A DNA stretch of 64,000 bases from NCBI GenBank assembly GCA_020184695.1, contig JAANOX010000151.1:28964-92963 (forward strand). The letters run 5' to 3'. Position numbers and translations under genes: made by a program. Source of the stretch: Histomonas meleagridis 2922-C6/04-290x (taxonomy: Eukaryota > Protista > Parabasalia). This document shows, piece after piece, positions 1 to 10,535 of this stretch (position 1 is its first letter; the number at the start of each line of letters is the position of its first letter). The notes under the pieces were generated by a model, which was not told the DNA's origin, made no database searches, and was given only the letters and a program-made list of their open reading frames with translations.

Positions 1-478
1 TGGTGGTGGAAATAACAGCCCCAAGAGCTACAAACATGCCGGCTATACTGAACTGAACATCGTTGACTGTGAATAAAGAAACACCAACAAGAAGAATTAA
101 TAATGAAAAAAGTGAATTTGCTGGCGTGCTCTTTTTAAGGAAAAAGTACTTGTACGCAACTGTGCACGGTATGGTGCATAATTTTGAAAGCTGATAAAAG
201 CCAATGGAATTAACACGAAGATTAAAATTCATTGATACAATGGAAAGTACTGAAAGAAACCCAAGGTACCAACATTTGCTTTTTGGAATTTGTACATCTG
301 GATCGAACATATGCATTTTTCCCATAACGTAACAACCAATATATGTCATGGCAAAATGATAGCTTGTCATTGTTGTTGGAAAACCAAAATCATAAGTTTC
401 CATTACTTTTTTGTTTATCATGATTAGTGCTGTTGATAATACAATTGAGCCAACAATGAGTAAAGAGAGCAACGCCAT
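1..478 (-). CDS. Nucleotide-sugar/triose-phosphate transporter family protein (SLC35E3 / plant UXT-URGT-like), 3' end runs off the window
   Basis: Not in the ORF track; translated by hand from ATG at 478: MALLSLLIVGSIVLSTALIMINKKVMETYDFGFPTTMTSYHF...SMNFNLRVNSIGFYQLSKLCTIPCT...LLVGVSLFTVNDVQFSIAG. The INK..M....F.FPTT.T..HF and N.SL..NS.GFYQ..KL..IP motifs are typical of this family. Confidence 0.85.
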   Translation of the reverse strand, partial: MALLSLLIVGSIVLSTALIMINKKVMETYDFGFPTTMTSYHFAMTYIGCYVMGKMHMFDPDVQIPKSKCWYLGFLSVLSIVSMNFNLRVNSIGFYQLSKLCTIPCTVAYKYFFLKKSTPANSLFSLLILLVGVSLFTVNDVQFSIAGMFVALGAVISTT

Positions 479-1109
479 TTGTGTGGAAAAATGGCGGTTG
501 TCTATGGTGACGTTGTATACCCATCAAAAACACCGACTTTTTGAAAAAAATCAAAAAGGCCACTCCCAAAAAATTGAGTGAGTTTGGTCTGTTTGACCAC
601 CAATTGTCGAACAAATATTCAAATTTTTAACAATGATGTGAATTTGCAGGGGTTAATTGTAATAATGACAAAGTGAAACCAGAGGAGTGTTTGCGAATTA
701 AAACTCCCACAAAATTTTGAACTGTATGTAAGGCGCTTAATGAAGCCCATATTTTATAAAATATACTGATTTTTTTCGAAAATAAAACAGAAATACCTTT
801 TTCAAAAATTAATTAATAACTAAGATATGCTATAAAAAATATAACTACTCATGTATATTATAATTTTATAAAAAAAATTTATAATTATATGAAAAATCGA
901 TCCGAGCATGTCCTATTCAGCTCCTTGAAGTACTATTAAATAGAATATAATTGGTATTTTGTACTTATATGGGTTTAATCCAAACTCTTTTATCCATTTT
1001 CGAGAAATTTTTCATTTAAATTGCTAAAGCAATTTAAAATGCCATTGAACATTACATAACGGTTATTGTAGTAACGTTTTTCGTAGCTGAGAAATAAACG
1101 GTCTCTATT

Positions 1110-2075
1110 ATGATATCCGTTTGGAAAGATGCAAAAGTTCCTGTCGAATATAATGCACCAGAATTTCGTTTCCAAAATTGGGGAAAAGTAGGAATGTTAG
1201 CACGCACACTGCAAACATTCAGGCTTGTTATTGTTATAGTAATTTCACTTCTTTTTGTTGTTGTTTCATATTATATTGCACCAAAAACGTTACCTGTTCA
1301 GGAAACACCAATTGTTTCTCTACCAAAACACTTTTTGGTAGTTGGACACACAACAGATTCTAGGCAATTATATGATGCAATTTCTTTCCTCTATTCAAAT
1401 TTCCCTCAATTCACCACGGAACGCATAAAATTACCCTCACAAGGAGGCTCTATATCATCATTTATCAAAGACAAGAAATATTTAGAAATTTATATCTCAC
1501 TTCCAAAAGATACAACAGGTGTTTCCCTTAGGCATCTCCATGTTTTAATTCCTATCCACATATCATTTCCAATATATAACTATTCTAGTTCACATAATCT
1601 CCTTCGTTTCCAATTTTTCAATAGTAATAATTTTGATAAAGTTGAATTTTTCGGTTCAATGGATCTCCATAAACTTCGTGAGTTTAATGACCAAGATCAA
1701 TTCCAATGGAATTCTACTCAACAACTTCTCGAGAACTCATTTCCATTTGACGGAACAAACCCGTTCAATCTCGAACAAATTATTGAAACGTTTGATTCAT
1801 CACCATTTTCATTAAGTGTTAAACAAATATCTAAGTCTATTTCTACTGAAGGAAATGGGATTTCGCTCCATTTCACATTGCGAATTCCCGAAGTATTTAT
1901 CGAAGTTAGTGCTCCGTTTTGGAATATATTCAAAGAGACATATGTACAAGTGTTTTACTGGTTCTGGTTGTGCTATTTCGTATGGAAGCTGTTCATTAAA
2001 ATTGCGTTCAAATATGGAATTGTCGCTGCTTCATATCGGAGACTGTTGGAACCAAACAAACCTCATTTCGATTAA
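1110..2075 (+). CDS. TMEM231: Transition-zone membrane protein TMEM231 homologue
   Basis: 321 aa with one N-terminal and one C-terminal TM. The C-terminus FTLRIPEVFIEVSAPFWNIFKETYVQVFYWFWLCYFVWKLFIKIAFKYGIV parallels TMEM231 (IRYP....YQPGFWEM.KFAWVQY). Confidence 0.72.
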   Translation: MISVWKDAKVPVEYNAPEFRFQNWGKVGMLARTLQTFRLVIVIVISLLFVVVSYYIAPKTLPVQETPIVSLPKHFLVVGHTTDSRQLYDAISFLYSNFPQFTTERIKLPSQGGSISSFIKDKKYLEIYISLPKDTTGVSLRHLHVLIPIHISFPIYNYSSSHNLLRFQFFNSNNFDKVEFFGSMDLHKLREFNDQDQFQWNSTQQLLENSFPFDGTNPFNLEQIIETFDSSPFSLSVKQISKSISTEGNGISLHFTLRIPEVFIEVSAPFWNIFKETYVQVFYWFWLCYFVWKLFIKIAFKYGIVAASYRRLLEPNKPHFD

Positions 2076-2269
2076 TATGTATTATGTAAATATTTTATGT
2101 TTTTTGATGTTTAATATGTATCAAATTAGAACTAAAATAAAAAGGCCCTTTACCAAAATATAAGAAATGATGTTTTGAAAATTGTATTTGTAATTCAAAT
2201 TGCTGTCTTTAAGATTTTTTTAATTGATACGACAAGAAAATAAAACTATTCTGATAATATTAATTTATT

Positions 2270-2421
2270 TTGGAAGCAAGGGAAATATTACATTTCCATC
2301 TTCTGTCACAACAATTGGTGGTTATGCATTTAGATATTGTTCAAAACTTAAATGTATTTATTATTATTATGGTGAAAAAGAACCATCTTCAGGATTTCCG
2401 TTTTTGCCAGAAAGTGAATAA
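2270..2421 (+). pseudogene. Isolated BspA-type (TpLRR/LRR_5) fragment
   Basis: ITFPSSVTTIGGYAFRYCSKLKCIYYYYGEKEP is one TpLRR unit plus the usual C-terminal cap. No ATG or flanking repeats. Confidence 0.55.
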
Positions 2422-2830
2422 ACATATAAATGCGTTTATGCGATAATCATTGATGAATTTAGATCGATTATTATGTCTGAAATTGTGTTAGTAAATATTT
2501 TACCATTAATAAGTTAACCCAAACTTAAGTTTGAACTGTAAAATAATTCTATCCTCCAATCCTAACTTTTAGCGTATGAAATTAAACTGTTTCCTTGTGG
2601 ACAATTGGTTAAGTACTTAACAACTTGTTCTGTTCTTTTTGCTATTTGATATCAAATAATTATTAAAAGTATTTAAATCTTTGTTTTTTGAGATATAAGT
2701 TAAAGAAAAAATAATTAAAGCATAATAAAATTAATTTATGAAGCAAAATTAACTTTTTATATTCTGATGGTTTATTTCTTTAATTTTTTGAATTGCAATT
2801 CAAAAAAAAATACGTTGTAAAAAGAAAAAA

Positions 2831-3811
2831 ATGAGTTACCACGAAGTTCAGCAATTTGTACAAATAATGCGTGTTTTAGGATATCCAAACCCAATAGGTG
2901 TTGACTCATTTGACACACCCAACTTTTCTTTAATGGCTAATCTTCTTCAATGGCTTGCATCACTGTATGATCCCGATTTAGTTATCATTTCGGATATTTC
3001 CAATGAAAACGGTCGTGTTGAATTTGTCAAAAGTATTGTTCAACAAATGGCTGTTCGCTCAGGCATTCGTCTGAATCCCAAGAAGTTATATTCATCTGAT
3101 CGATTTGCAGTTCGTGAACTACTTAAAATATCCGCTCCCATTTACTCTAGCATAACCTCCAAACATGATTCTTTCCAACAAAACACCAAGCAAGAACAAC
3201 CACCATCCATTCGAAAGATCTCTCAACTTTCGTCCACGATTCCCAAACACTCAGTGGAACTTTATGACCAACTTGAGAAAGAACTTATGATACGTGATAA
3301 CAGAACTAAAATTCTTTCCACAATGCCACCGCTTGAAGAGGTCGAGAAAAGTGTCATTTCATCTGTTGAATCTGCGTCAAATCGACTTGAAACACTTACT
3401 AAAGAACTTGAACGCCTTAGCAGCGACGAAGATTCCCTTCGATCCAAAATAAAGAAACGAAAATATGAACTTGATCGACAATCGAAACGACTGGTTTCAG
3501 TGATAACAATTCGACCAGCATATATGGACGAGTATGAAGCACTTGAGCAGGAGTTACAAGAACTCTTCAAACTACATTTCCAACATTATCGAAATGTTGA
3601 CTACTTCGAACACGAGCTCCAAAAAGCGGCCGAAAAACAGAAAATGCGAAAAGAAAAGAACGAAAAAGAAATCGGAAAAATTAAAAAGAAAATGAGACAG
3701 AGTTTGGCATCAAGTATTGAACAATCAATTAAGATAGGAGCACTGCCTCAGACAGACGGAAACGACTTTAAATTCGGAAATGCTGATGATGACACTGACG
3801 ATAGTTTTTAA
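2831..3811 (+). CDS. CLUAP1: Clusterin-associated protein 1 / IFT38 (IFT-B)
   Basis: MSYHEVQQFVQIMRVLGYPNPIGVDSFDTPNFSLMANLLQWL, IRLNPKKLYSSDRFAVRELLKI and IRPAYMDEYEALEQELQ match conserved CLUAP1 blocks. Acidic tail. Confidence 0.92.
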   Translation: MSYHEVQQFVQIMRVLGYPNPIGVDSFDTPNFSLMANLLQWLASLYDPDLVIISDISNENGRVEFVKSIVQQMAVRSGIRLNPKKLYSSDRFAVRELLKISAPIYSSITSKHDSFQQNTKQEQPPSIRKISQLSSTIPKHSVELYDQLEKELMIRDNRTKILSTMPPLEEVEKSVISSVESASNRLETLTKELERLSSDEDSLRSKIKKRKYELDRQSKRLVSVITIRPAYMDEYEALEQELQELFKLHFQHYRNVDYFEHELQKAAEKQKMRKEKNEKEIGKIKKKMRQSLASSIEQSIKIGALPQTDGNDFKFGNADDDTDDSF

Positions 3812-3854
3812 TAAATATAATATGGAATTAATGCTTTACTAATTATTGAAATCT

Positions 3855-4271
3855 TTATTTGCTACCTTTGGCTTTCCTGATTTGCTCAATTATTTGTACT
3901 AAACATGGCGTTTTGTCATATCCACGAATTGACATTTCTTGTTCAAGATAAGTTCGATCCACAAATTCTGATGGGTTTTGACTTTCATATCTAAAAACTG
4001 TTGGCGCAAACTTTAACCCAATAGATTCTAAATAATCCATTACTAAGTAATACTCAAAATAGTCATTGAGGTTTTCTTGATTAAATTGAATTCCTGGGAA
4101 AGATTCTGGTGGTTTGCTTGTTGGATCTTGAATATAATTTGCTGCTGATTGAGCATATTTCTGAGCTTGAGCCAAAGCTTTTGCTTTAACACCTTTTTCT
4201 TCAATAAGCTTTTCAACTGCTTCGATTGTTTCTTGCTGAGCTTCGAATACAGGACCACTAAGTAATTCCAT
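3855..4271 (-). CDS. LisH-domain basal-body protein, FOP/FOR20/OFD1 (TON1)-like
   Basis: LVMDYLESIGLKFAPTVFRYES is a LisH motif preceded by a short helical N-terminus. Start placed at MELLSG (ATG 4271) rather than the ORF-track start 4448. Confidence 0.6.
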   Translation of the reverse strand: MELLSGPVFEAQQETIEAVEKLIEEKGVKAKALAQAQKYAQSAANYIQDPTSKPPESFPGIQFNQENLNDYFEYYLVMDYLESIGLKFAPTVFRYESQNPSEFVDRTYLEQEMSIRGYDKTPCLVQIIEQIRKAKGSK

Positions 4272-4492
4272 GACGGAAATTGTTAAGCTAAAATCTAATT
4301 CTAAACGTTTGTATTTAATAACGTTCTTTGAAGTGAAAAGTGCTATATGTGGAACCCGTTTAAAATCTTGAGTCCGGCGGTTATTATATGAAAATGGGGG
4401 ATACTTAACGCACTTTCCCGATAAACCACATAATATTGACTTAAACATCTTTTTTAAAAAAATTTAGATCTTTTTTAGCTATTTAAATAGCT

Positions 4493-5220
4493 ATGCGAAA
4501 ACGCAAAATAGATTCAAGTAAAAAAGAAAAATATATCACCAAAACATAGAAATAGAATTATTTTCTGAACTTGAACAAATCATAATGAATATGACAGAAG
4601 ATAATATAAAATTGTCGACAAAACGTACAATAAAAATATTTGATCAATTTTGTCCTGATTTTTCAAAAAATTATGAAGAGCTCTCAAAGAATGTTGGGAG
4701 CTTCATAAGCAATTCATTGAAGAAGGACACAATCCAAATGAAATTGCAAAAACCATTCGAAATGATGAAATAGAAAAACTTCAAGAAATATCATCACAAC
4801 CAAAATTTAATTTTAATCAAATAATTGAACCATCACTTTATGAAAGATGTTCATTTATTAATGTAAAAAATGTCACACTAATTGATTATGCAGCATTTTT
4901 TTCATCTGTTAAATGTTTTAAATATTTACTTATGAATGGAGCAAAATTAGATAAAACAGGTAAATATGCTGTTGCAGGTGGAAATGAAGAAATAATTCAT
5001 TTATGTGAACAAAATGGTTCATCATTTATAGGGCTTATGAAATAGCAATCAAATATCATCGAAATGATATTTTTCTTTATCTTTATGAAAATAAAATTGA
5101 AAATTTGTGTGAGGAACATGATACAAAATGGTATAGAGATTATTTGAAACAGCACTTGATTTAGCATTTTCAAAAGCTAATAAAAAAATTGTCAAGTTAT
5201 TTAGAAAGAAAAATGTGTAA
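4493..5220 (+). pseudogene. Decayed DUF3447/ankyrin-family gene (frameshifts, internal deletions)
   Basis: Pieces in different frames: IELFSELEQIIMNMTEDNI; WELHKQFIEEGHNPNEIAKTIRNDEIEKLQ...LIDYAAFFSSVKCFKYLLMNGA...YAVAGGNEEIIHLCEQ; AYEIAIKYHRNDIF; terminal ankyrin half-repeat TALDLAFSKANKKIVKLF at 5149-5220. Homologous to 31831-32835. Confidence 0.8.
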
Positions 5221-5485
5221 ATAAACCACATACAAAAAGTAAAAGGAGGCAGCGGCATAATACTTCCAGAAAAGATCAAAATGGAAATTTCGAAAAAATA
5301 TTTCAAGATTTCCGATTAGGAACTCCAGAAAATTGAAAAAAGCACTTTCTCTTGTAAACCCGTTAAAACTGCAAAAAATTGACTAAAATGTTAACCACCG
5401 AAAATCGTTCAATTCAAACAAAATTTGAATGTGTGGTCCTCAAAAAATGTAAAGCACGATACGATTCAAAACACAAAGACTGGAA

Positions 5486-6577
5486 ATGATTTCTCTTTTG
5501 CTATCTCTTTGCATTCTTAAATTTGATTTTGACATTTCAAAAGATTCTCCATATGGACGATTTGGTCCTCATGGATTCCGAAAAAATTCTACAATCCATG
5601 CAATATTTTCTTTTCCTGAAAATCCAGAACTTAATGAAACTATTGTTATTTCCATGGGGTTTTCATCCATTTTTTCAGAGTTTTTGTCATGTTTTTATGA
5701 TTTGTATGATATTAACAAAAGTACTCTTTCATATCAAATAATTACAGACCAAACAACCAGTAATTACCTTCTATTTGCTTATTGCTCTACCTACCTAAAT
5801 GAGAAAGTTCACATTCACCTTGATTTTCCTGATTGCAGATCTGATTATCAACAAGATTGGCTAATTTATTCTACTGTAGCATGCCTTGGTTCTTTAATTT
5901 TTAGCATTCCCTTAATAATGTGGATCAGGAAACATACCAAAGCCCACACCTTGAAATACGCTACACCACTTATTATTTCAGCTATTCAATTTATTGTATT
6001 TCTCATTTTAGAAGTTCTTGCTCATTTTAATGTGATTTATATGGATGTTGATCATCAATTTATTAGTGCATCTGTTTTTTATACATTATTCATCATTTTC
6101 ATCAATTACTTTATGATAGAACCTTACTTCAACGATTTTAATATCATTATTAAAGTTTATTTTCTTGGTATATATCCCATTGCAGTCATTGCTAGTTTTC
6201 TTGTTTGTGGAATGTCAAATAATGTTTATGTGGAACTATTTGTTTTCTTAGCTACACTTATAATAATATGTATAATAAATACTATAATTGCTTTTAAAAA
6301 ATTCGATAAAGAGAAAAGAAAAACTGTAAATGAACTCTTTTCATTTGCGTTAATTCCATTCATTGCTCTAATTTTGAGAGTGTACTCATTAGTAAAGGAT
6401 TTCTTGGCATTACGACGTACACTTTTCTATCAATATATAGCATTTATATTGTATCAGATATTTACTGCACTTATATCATATTTCACCGCAATGGCAATAA
6501 CACTAATGAATAACTACAAAGACCAACAATTGTTGGATGATAACCCTCTCATAAGTCAAGATAATGCAACAAAATAA
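5486..6577 (+). CDS. Signal peptide + lumenal domain + about 7 TM membrane protein (GOST/GPR107-TMEM87-like architecture; family not established)
   Basis: 363 aa open frame, hydrophobic N-terminus, about 120 aa soluble domain, seven hydrophobic segments, short acidic tail (QQLLDDNPLI). Confidence 0.6.
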   Translation: MISLLLSLCILKFDFDISKDSPYGRFGPHGFRKNSTIHAIFSFPENPELNETIVISMGFSSIFSEFLSCFYDLYDINKSTLSYQIITDQTTSNYLLFAYCSTYLNEKVHIHLDFPDCRSDYQQDWLIYSTVACLGSLIFSIPLIMWIRKHTKAHTLKYATPLIISAIQFIVFLILEVLAHFNVIYMDVDHQFISASVFYTLFIIFINYFMIEPYFNDFNIIIKVYFLGIYPIAVIASFLVCGMSNNVYVELFVFLATLIIICIINTIIAFKKFDKEKRKTVNELFSFALIPFIALILRVYSLVKDFLALRRTLFYQYIAFILYQIFTALISYFTAMAITLMNNYKDQQLLDDNPLISQDNATK

Positions 6578-7195
6578 AATATAAAATTTTCAACTATTTT
6601 TAAATATATTGTCCAAAATGTTGTTTTTCGTTGGATTTATTTTACATGTGTTGATACGAATATGTTTTGAGCTGATAAAATGTTTATAGGCAAAATTTTT
6701 ATAATAATGTTGGAACATTTTGGTTCACTCACTCCAGGTATACCTAAATAATGAAATGCAGAGACTATTCCTAAGTAGATCGTTTTCCTAAAAATAAAAA
6801 AGTTTGTTGTTCCTTTTTGTTAATTCTTCTATGATATAATCAAAAATTTAATAAAAAAAAGTACAAATTTTGGAGGCTTATAGCTGACAAAAAAAATCTA
6901 TTCGAACTGAAAACATAGTGTTTTTATCACTACTCTTCTTCTTTGTTTCATGAAACAAAGCTAGCTATATCCAGTGCAATGCCTCCTTAAAATTACTTTT
7001 GAATTAATATTTGGTCATACGGTTTTTTGGGAACAGGTTCAATATCGTTCAGCCACTTTTCTGAGGAGGATTCTGTACCATTCAAAATTGAGATAACGCA
7101 AATTTTTTTTCAAAGTATTTAATTGAAATCTCTCGTTGAATTTTTAAATAGTTTATCAAGTTTATCAGCAAAGCTACCTCCCGCAGATTCTTTGC

Positions 7196-9478
7196 ATGAA
7201 GCCTGGGCTTCTCCAACAAATTCAGGAGACCAATGAAATTGAGGGTGAAAGCACAATATTTCTTACAGCATATGTGCAAAGAATTGATTCAAAAGGAAAT
7301 GCTGAAGATAGAGTTATTGTTTGTTCGCTTTATTACATTTATATCTTCAAAAACCGAACATTCCCGTTTCATAAAGGCTATAAGTTATCGCAAAAAATAC
7401 GATATGACCATATTATTTCAATTCGTTCTTCAAGCCCAGATTCTTTTGAAATTCACACCAGCAACTCAGATTATGTTTTTTCTGCATCTGGTGCTGATGG
7501 TATATTAGCCACAATTGTCCAACATTTAATGACAATTATTCCAAAAATGGAATTACCATATTTTTCGATTCCATCAAGTATTCTTCTAGGTGTTGGTACT
7601 ATTCACGAAGCAATGTGCAATCGAATTAAATTTGTTTCACATACAACATCTAGATCTCCACCACCTGATTTATACAAGCTTGTTGATAAAGTATGCAGGA
7701 ATGCTCTTAAGAGTCATAGTCCTAAGAGCAAAATTCTTAAATTAGAGATATTTAAAGATCATCATTTTTTTTTAGATTTAATTCTCGATGCCTTAAATGT
7801 ATTTCCACTCTTTGAGCGCATTATTATACCCAAGCCAACAGCGCCCAGCCAAACCTATTGGGGGTTACTTGCAGATTTTATCATTAAGAATTATACGATA
7901 ACCACGATTGAAACATTTGAGCCTATTTCAGCCAATTTCCAACAGTTTGTTGATGCGCTATGTACATCGCCGCAAACTCGTATCCAAAACTTAGGTTTTT
8001 ATAACAGTTGTTTTGGGCCTAATTTTTCCACTTCGATTAACAACATATTAAATCGCATTCGTATAAAGAGTTTATTTATATCTAATGGCCTTAACTTAAA
8101 AGGGTATCAAACATTAGTTACATTTTTTCATTCCAACATTGGATTCCAATCTTTAACGACATTATCTTTAAGTGAATCGAAATTTATCCAATTCCAACAA
8201 ATCATTACATTATTACCCAATCTTAAGATATTATATTTAATTAAATGTTCGTTAGACTTAACCAAAGTATTTGAAGTTTTATCTAATAATCCAAACATAT
8301 TATTACATGAATTACGATTATCAGGAAATCGTTTTTTATCTCCAATCAAAACGGACATTATATTACCGAAACATTTAAGTTCATTATATTTAGATGGAGT
8401 TGAATTTACATCGAATATCATGAAGAAGATCTTTATTTCTATTTCTAATCATACAAACACTAAAGGGTTTTCATTATCATTACGTAATGCTATGCAAGCT
8501 CCATCACAATGGGAAGAGTTTGAATTGTTTTTATATTCATATAATAATCATAACATTATAAAACTTTCATATGATTGGAATCCTATTCGAAAAGGGTTTA
8601 TTGAATTTATAAAGAATTCGGAGAGTTTAATGTTTTTATCATTACATGGATGTTTATTTAATGAATCTCCATATTTAAATGAATTAAGTGATGCAATTGC
8701 ACAAAACAAATCGATAAAGAACTTAAGTATTTCAGGTGATAAGAATCATACTTTATCTGATTCATTTAATATAATATTTAATGGGATAATACGTAATAAA
8801 TCAATTAAATTACTTGACATAACACATAATAATATCGGAAATTTATTATCGAATTATATATTAAAGTTATTTAGCTCGAATAATAATATACGTGAATTAT
8901 ATTTCGATGATAATTATTTCTTAAATTTTAATAAATTAAAAATTATGTTACAAGAAATCCAAAAGATTTCGATATGTATTAAGTTACATCTTCCGCGAAT
9001 AGACTTAATGCGAATGAAACAATTAAATTGTATTAATGATTCTGATATAAATGAAATTAATACAATAATTAATAATTGTAATTCTTATAACAACATTACA
9101 ATAAATAATAATAAAAATAAAAATAAAAATGATGTGAATAATGATAAAAATAATTCACAAAGTTCCGCAAATATTAATATGGAAAACTCTTCAGTACTTT
9201 CTTCGTCATCTGTGTTCGGTTCATTAAATAATAATAATAACATTGATAACTTCTTGTTGCCATTTCCTTTTAATGATGAAAATATTAATAACGAACTAAA
9301 AGGAAACATAAAACATTTGATGGAAAAATATATTTCGGACGAAAAATGGTTAAACAATTACGAAAAGGTACAAGTGACTGATTTCTCGGCTGTCTTCGGA
9401 AATATGATGAAACAATATAACGTAAATAATATAATAGAAAACATTAAAAGAAAAGAAATGTTACAAAAAGATATATAA
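7196..9478 (+). CDS. CARMIL-like PH + leucine-rich-repeat protein
   Basis: N-terminal PH-like block (AYVQRIDSKGNAEDRVIVCSLYYIYIF...IRYDHIISI), RI-type LRRs (LRLSGNRF, LSLHGC, LSISGD, LDITHNNIGN, LYFDDN), Asn-rich C-terminus. Confidence 0.72.
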   Translation: MKPGLLQQIQETNEIEGESTIFLTAYVQRIDSKGNAEDRVIVCSLYYIYIFKNRTFPFHKGYKLSQKIRYDHIISIRSSSPDSFEIHTSNSDYVFSASGADGILATIVQHLMTIIPKMELPYFSIPSSILLGVGTIHEAMCNRIKFVSHTTSRSPPPDLYKLVDKVCRNALKSHSPKSKILKLEIFKDHHFFLDLILDALNVFPLFERIIIPKPTAPSQTYWGLLADFIIKNYTITTIETFEPISANFQQFVDALCTSPQTRIQNLGFYNSCFGPNFSTSINNILNRIRIKSLFISNGLNLKGYQTLVTFFHSNIGFQSLTTLSLSESKFIQFQQIITLLPNLKILYLIKCSLDLTKVFEVLSNNPNILLHELRLSGNRFLSPIKTDIILPKHLSSLYLDGVEFTSNIMKKIFISISNHTNTKGFSLSLRNAMQAPSQWEEFELFLYSYNNHNIIKLSYDWNPIRKGFIEFIKNSESLMFLSLHGCLFNESPYLNELSDAIAQNKSIKNLSISGDKNHTLSDSFNIIFNGIIRNKSIKLLDITHNNIGNLLSNYILKLFSSNNNIRELYFDDNYFLNFNKLKIMLQEIQKISICIKLHLPRIDLMRMKQLNCINDSDINEINTIINNCNSYNNITINNNKNKNKNDVNNDKNNSQSSANINMENSSVLSSSSVFGSLNNNNNIDNFLLPFPFNDENINNELKGNIKHLMEKYISDEKWLNNYEKVQVTDFSAVFGNMMKQYNVNNIIENIKRKEMLQKDI

Positions 9479-9583
9479 AAAGTTGTAAATGTTAATAAAA
9501 ATTTATAGAAAATGGAAATGTTTTTTTGGATTAATTAAAATATATATAAATGTATTTCGAATAGTTTTTGGATAATATATAAA

Positions 9584-9816
9584 TTGTTCAAGAAGTTGTT
9601 TAACTATTTCTGTATGACTATTTAAAAATGAATGCATAAGTGCTGTTTCAAATATTTTAAATAATTTCCAAATATTATTTTGAAATATAAAATCATTAAA
9701 ATAAATATTAAATATAATAAATAATTATCTTTAGCATTAACATCAATTCCTTATTGTTCAAGAAGTTGTTTAACTGTTTCTATATGACCATTTAAAGATA
9801 AACACATAAGTGCTGT
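9584..9816 (-). pseudogene. Two ankyrin units separated by the 77-nt spacer (relic)
   Basis: 9816-9724 reads TALMCLSLNGHIETVKQLLEQ*GIDVNAKDN; 77-nt spacer 9723-9647; 9646-9584 reads TALMHSFLNSHTEIVKQLLEQ. One in-frame TAA. Confidence 0.8.
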
Positions 9817-10535
9817 AAAAAATAATTTAATTAGTTTGTAGTGCTGTTTTCAGTCAGAATTTAGTGCTTTCGTTTCCGTGATGCTAATCACGGTGAAGAA
9901 CTTTAATCAATGATAACGAAATATATTCAAATCTAGATGAATTTTATTTATTTATAGTTTCAAAAATCAATTGAAATAACATTTATGAAAAGATGATCAA
10001 TGTTTCATAAGTTATGCTAAAATAATCGCTCATTCAAAGTAAGTGACAAATAAATTTGATTACTCGAATGTTTTATTCTAGACTTTCTTTTTTTACAGAG
10101 AAATAAACTCAACAGCATAAAGCAATCAATATTACTGATTTAAAAGTTAAAGTTATCTTTACAAAATATAAAAAAAAAAAAAAAAAATCTTAATAAAAAA
10201 TCCTTAAATTTGTTTTTTGTTATTACTTAATGATGTCATTTTTTAGTCTAAACATTTGATGTTTTGTGTCTCAAACTAAAAATGATTAATCAAAAACTCT
10301 TCAATCTTGATAAAATAAAAAAGTGTATATTCACAATATATTAAATGTATATTGATATAAAATCAAAATATCTTATTGAAAATTTGATTTATTGGCAAAC
10401 CAATAAGTGCTAAATTCTGAAGTTATTTGAAGAAATTAGAAATTCGTTTTAGAAAAGTAGTTGGTGGTTCCTCCTTACTTCTATTTATCGACCTTTTTTT
10501 TTAGCGGCAGCTATTGAATCGAGTGTAAAAGCATG

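Noticed and set aside
4272-4448. N-terminal extensions in the ORF track (also 47687, 57350, 61033, 62213)
   Set aside because: They precede the region of homology or composition change and overlap probable promoter DNA; later ATGs were chosen.
10170-10187. A18 tract near the giant gene's 3' flank as a retrocopy tail
   Set aside because: Wrong strand for the minus-strand gene, and no target-site duplication.
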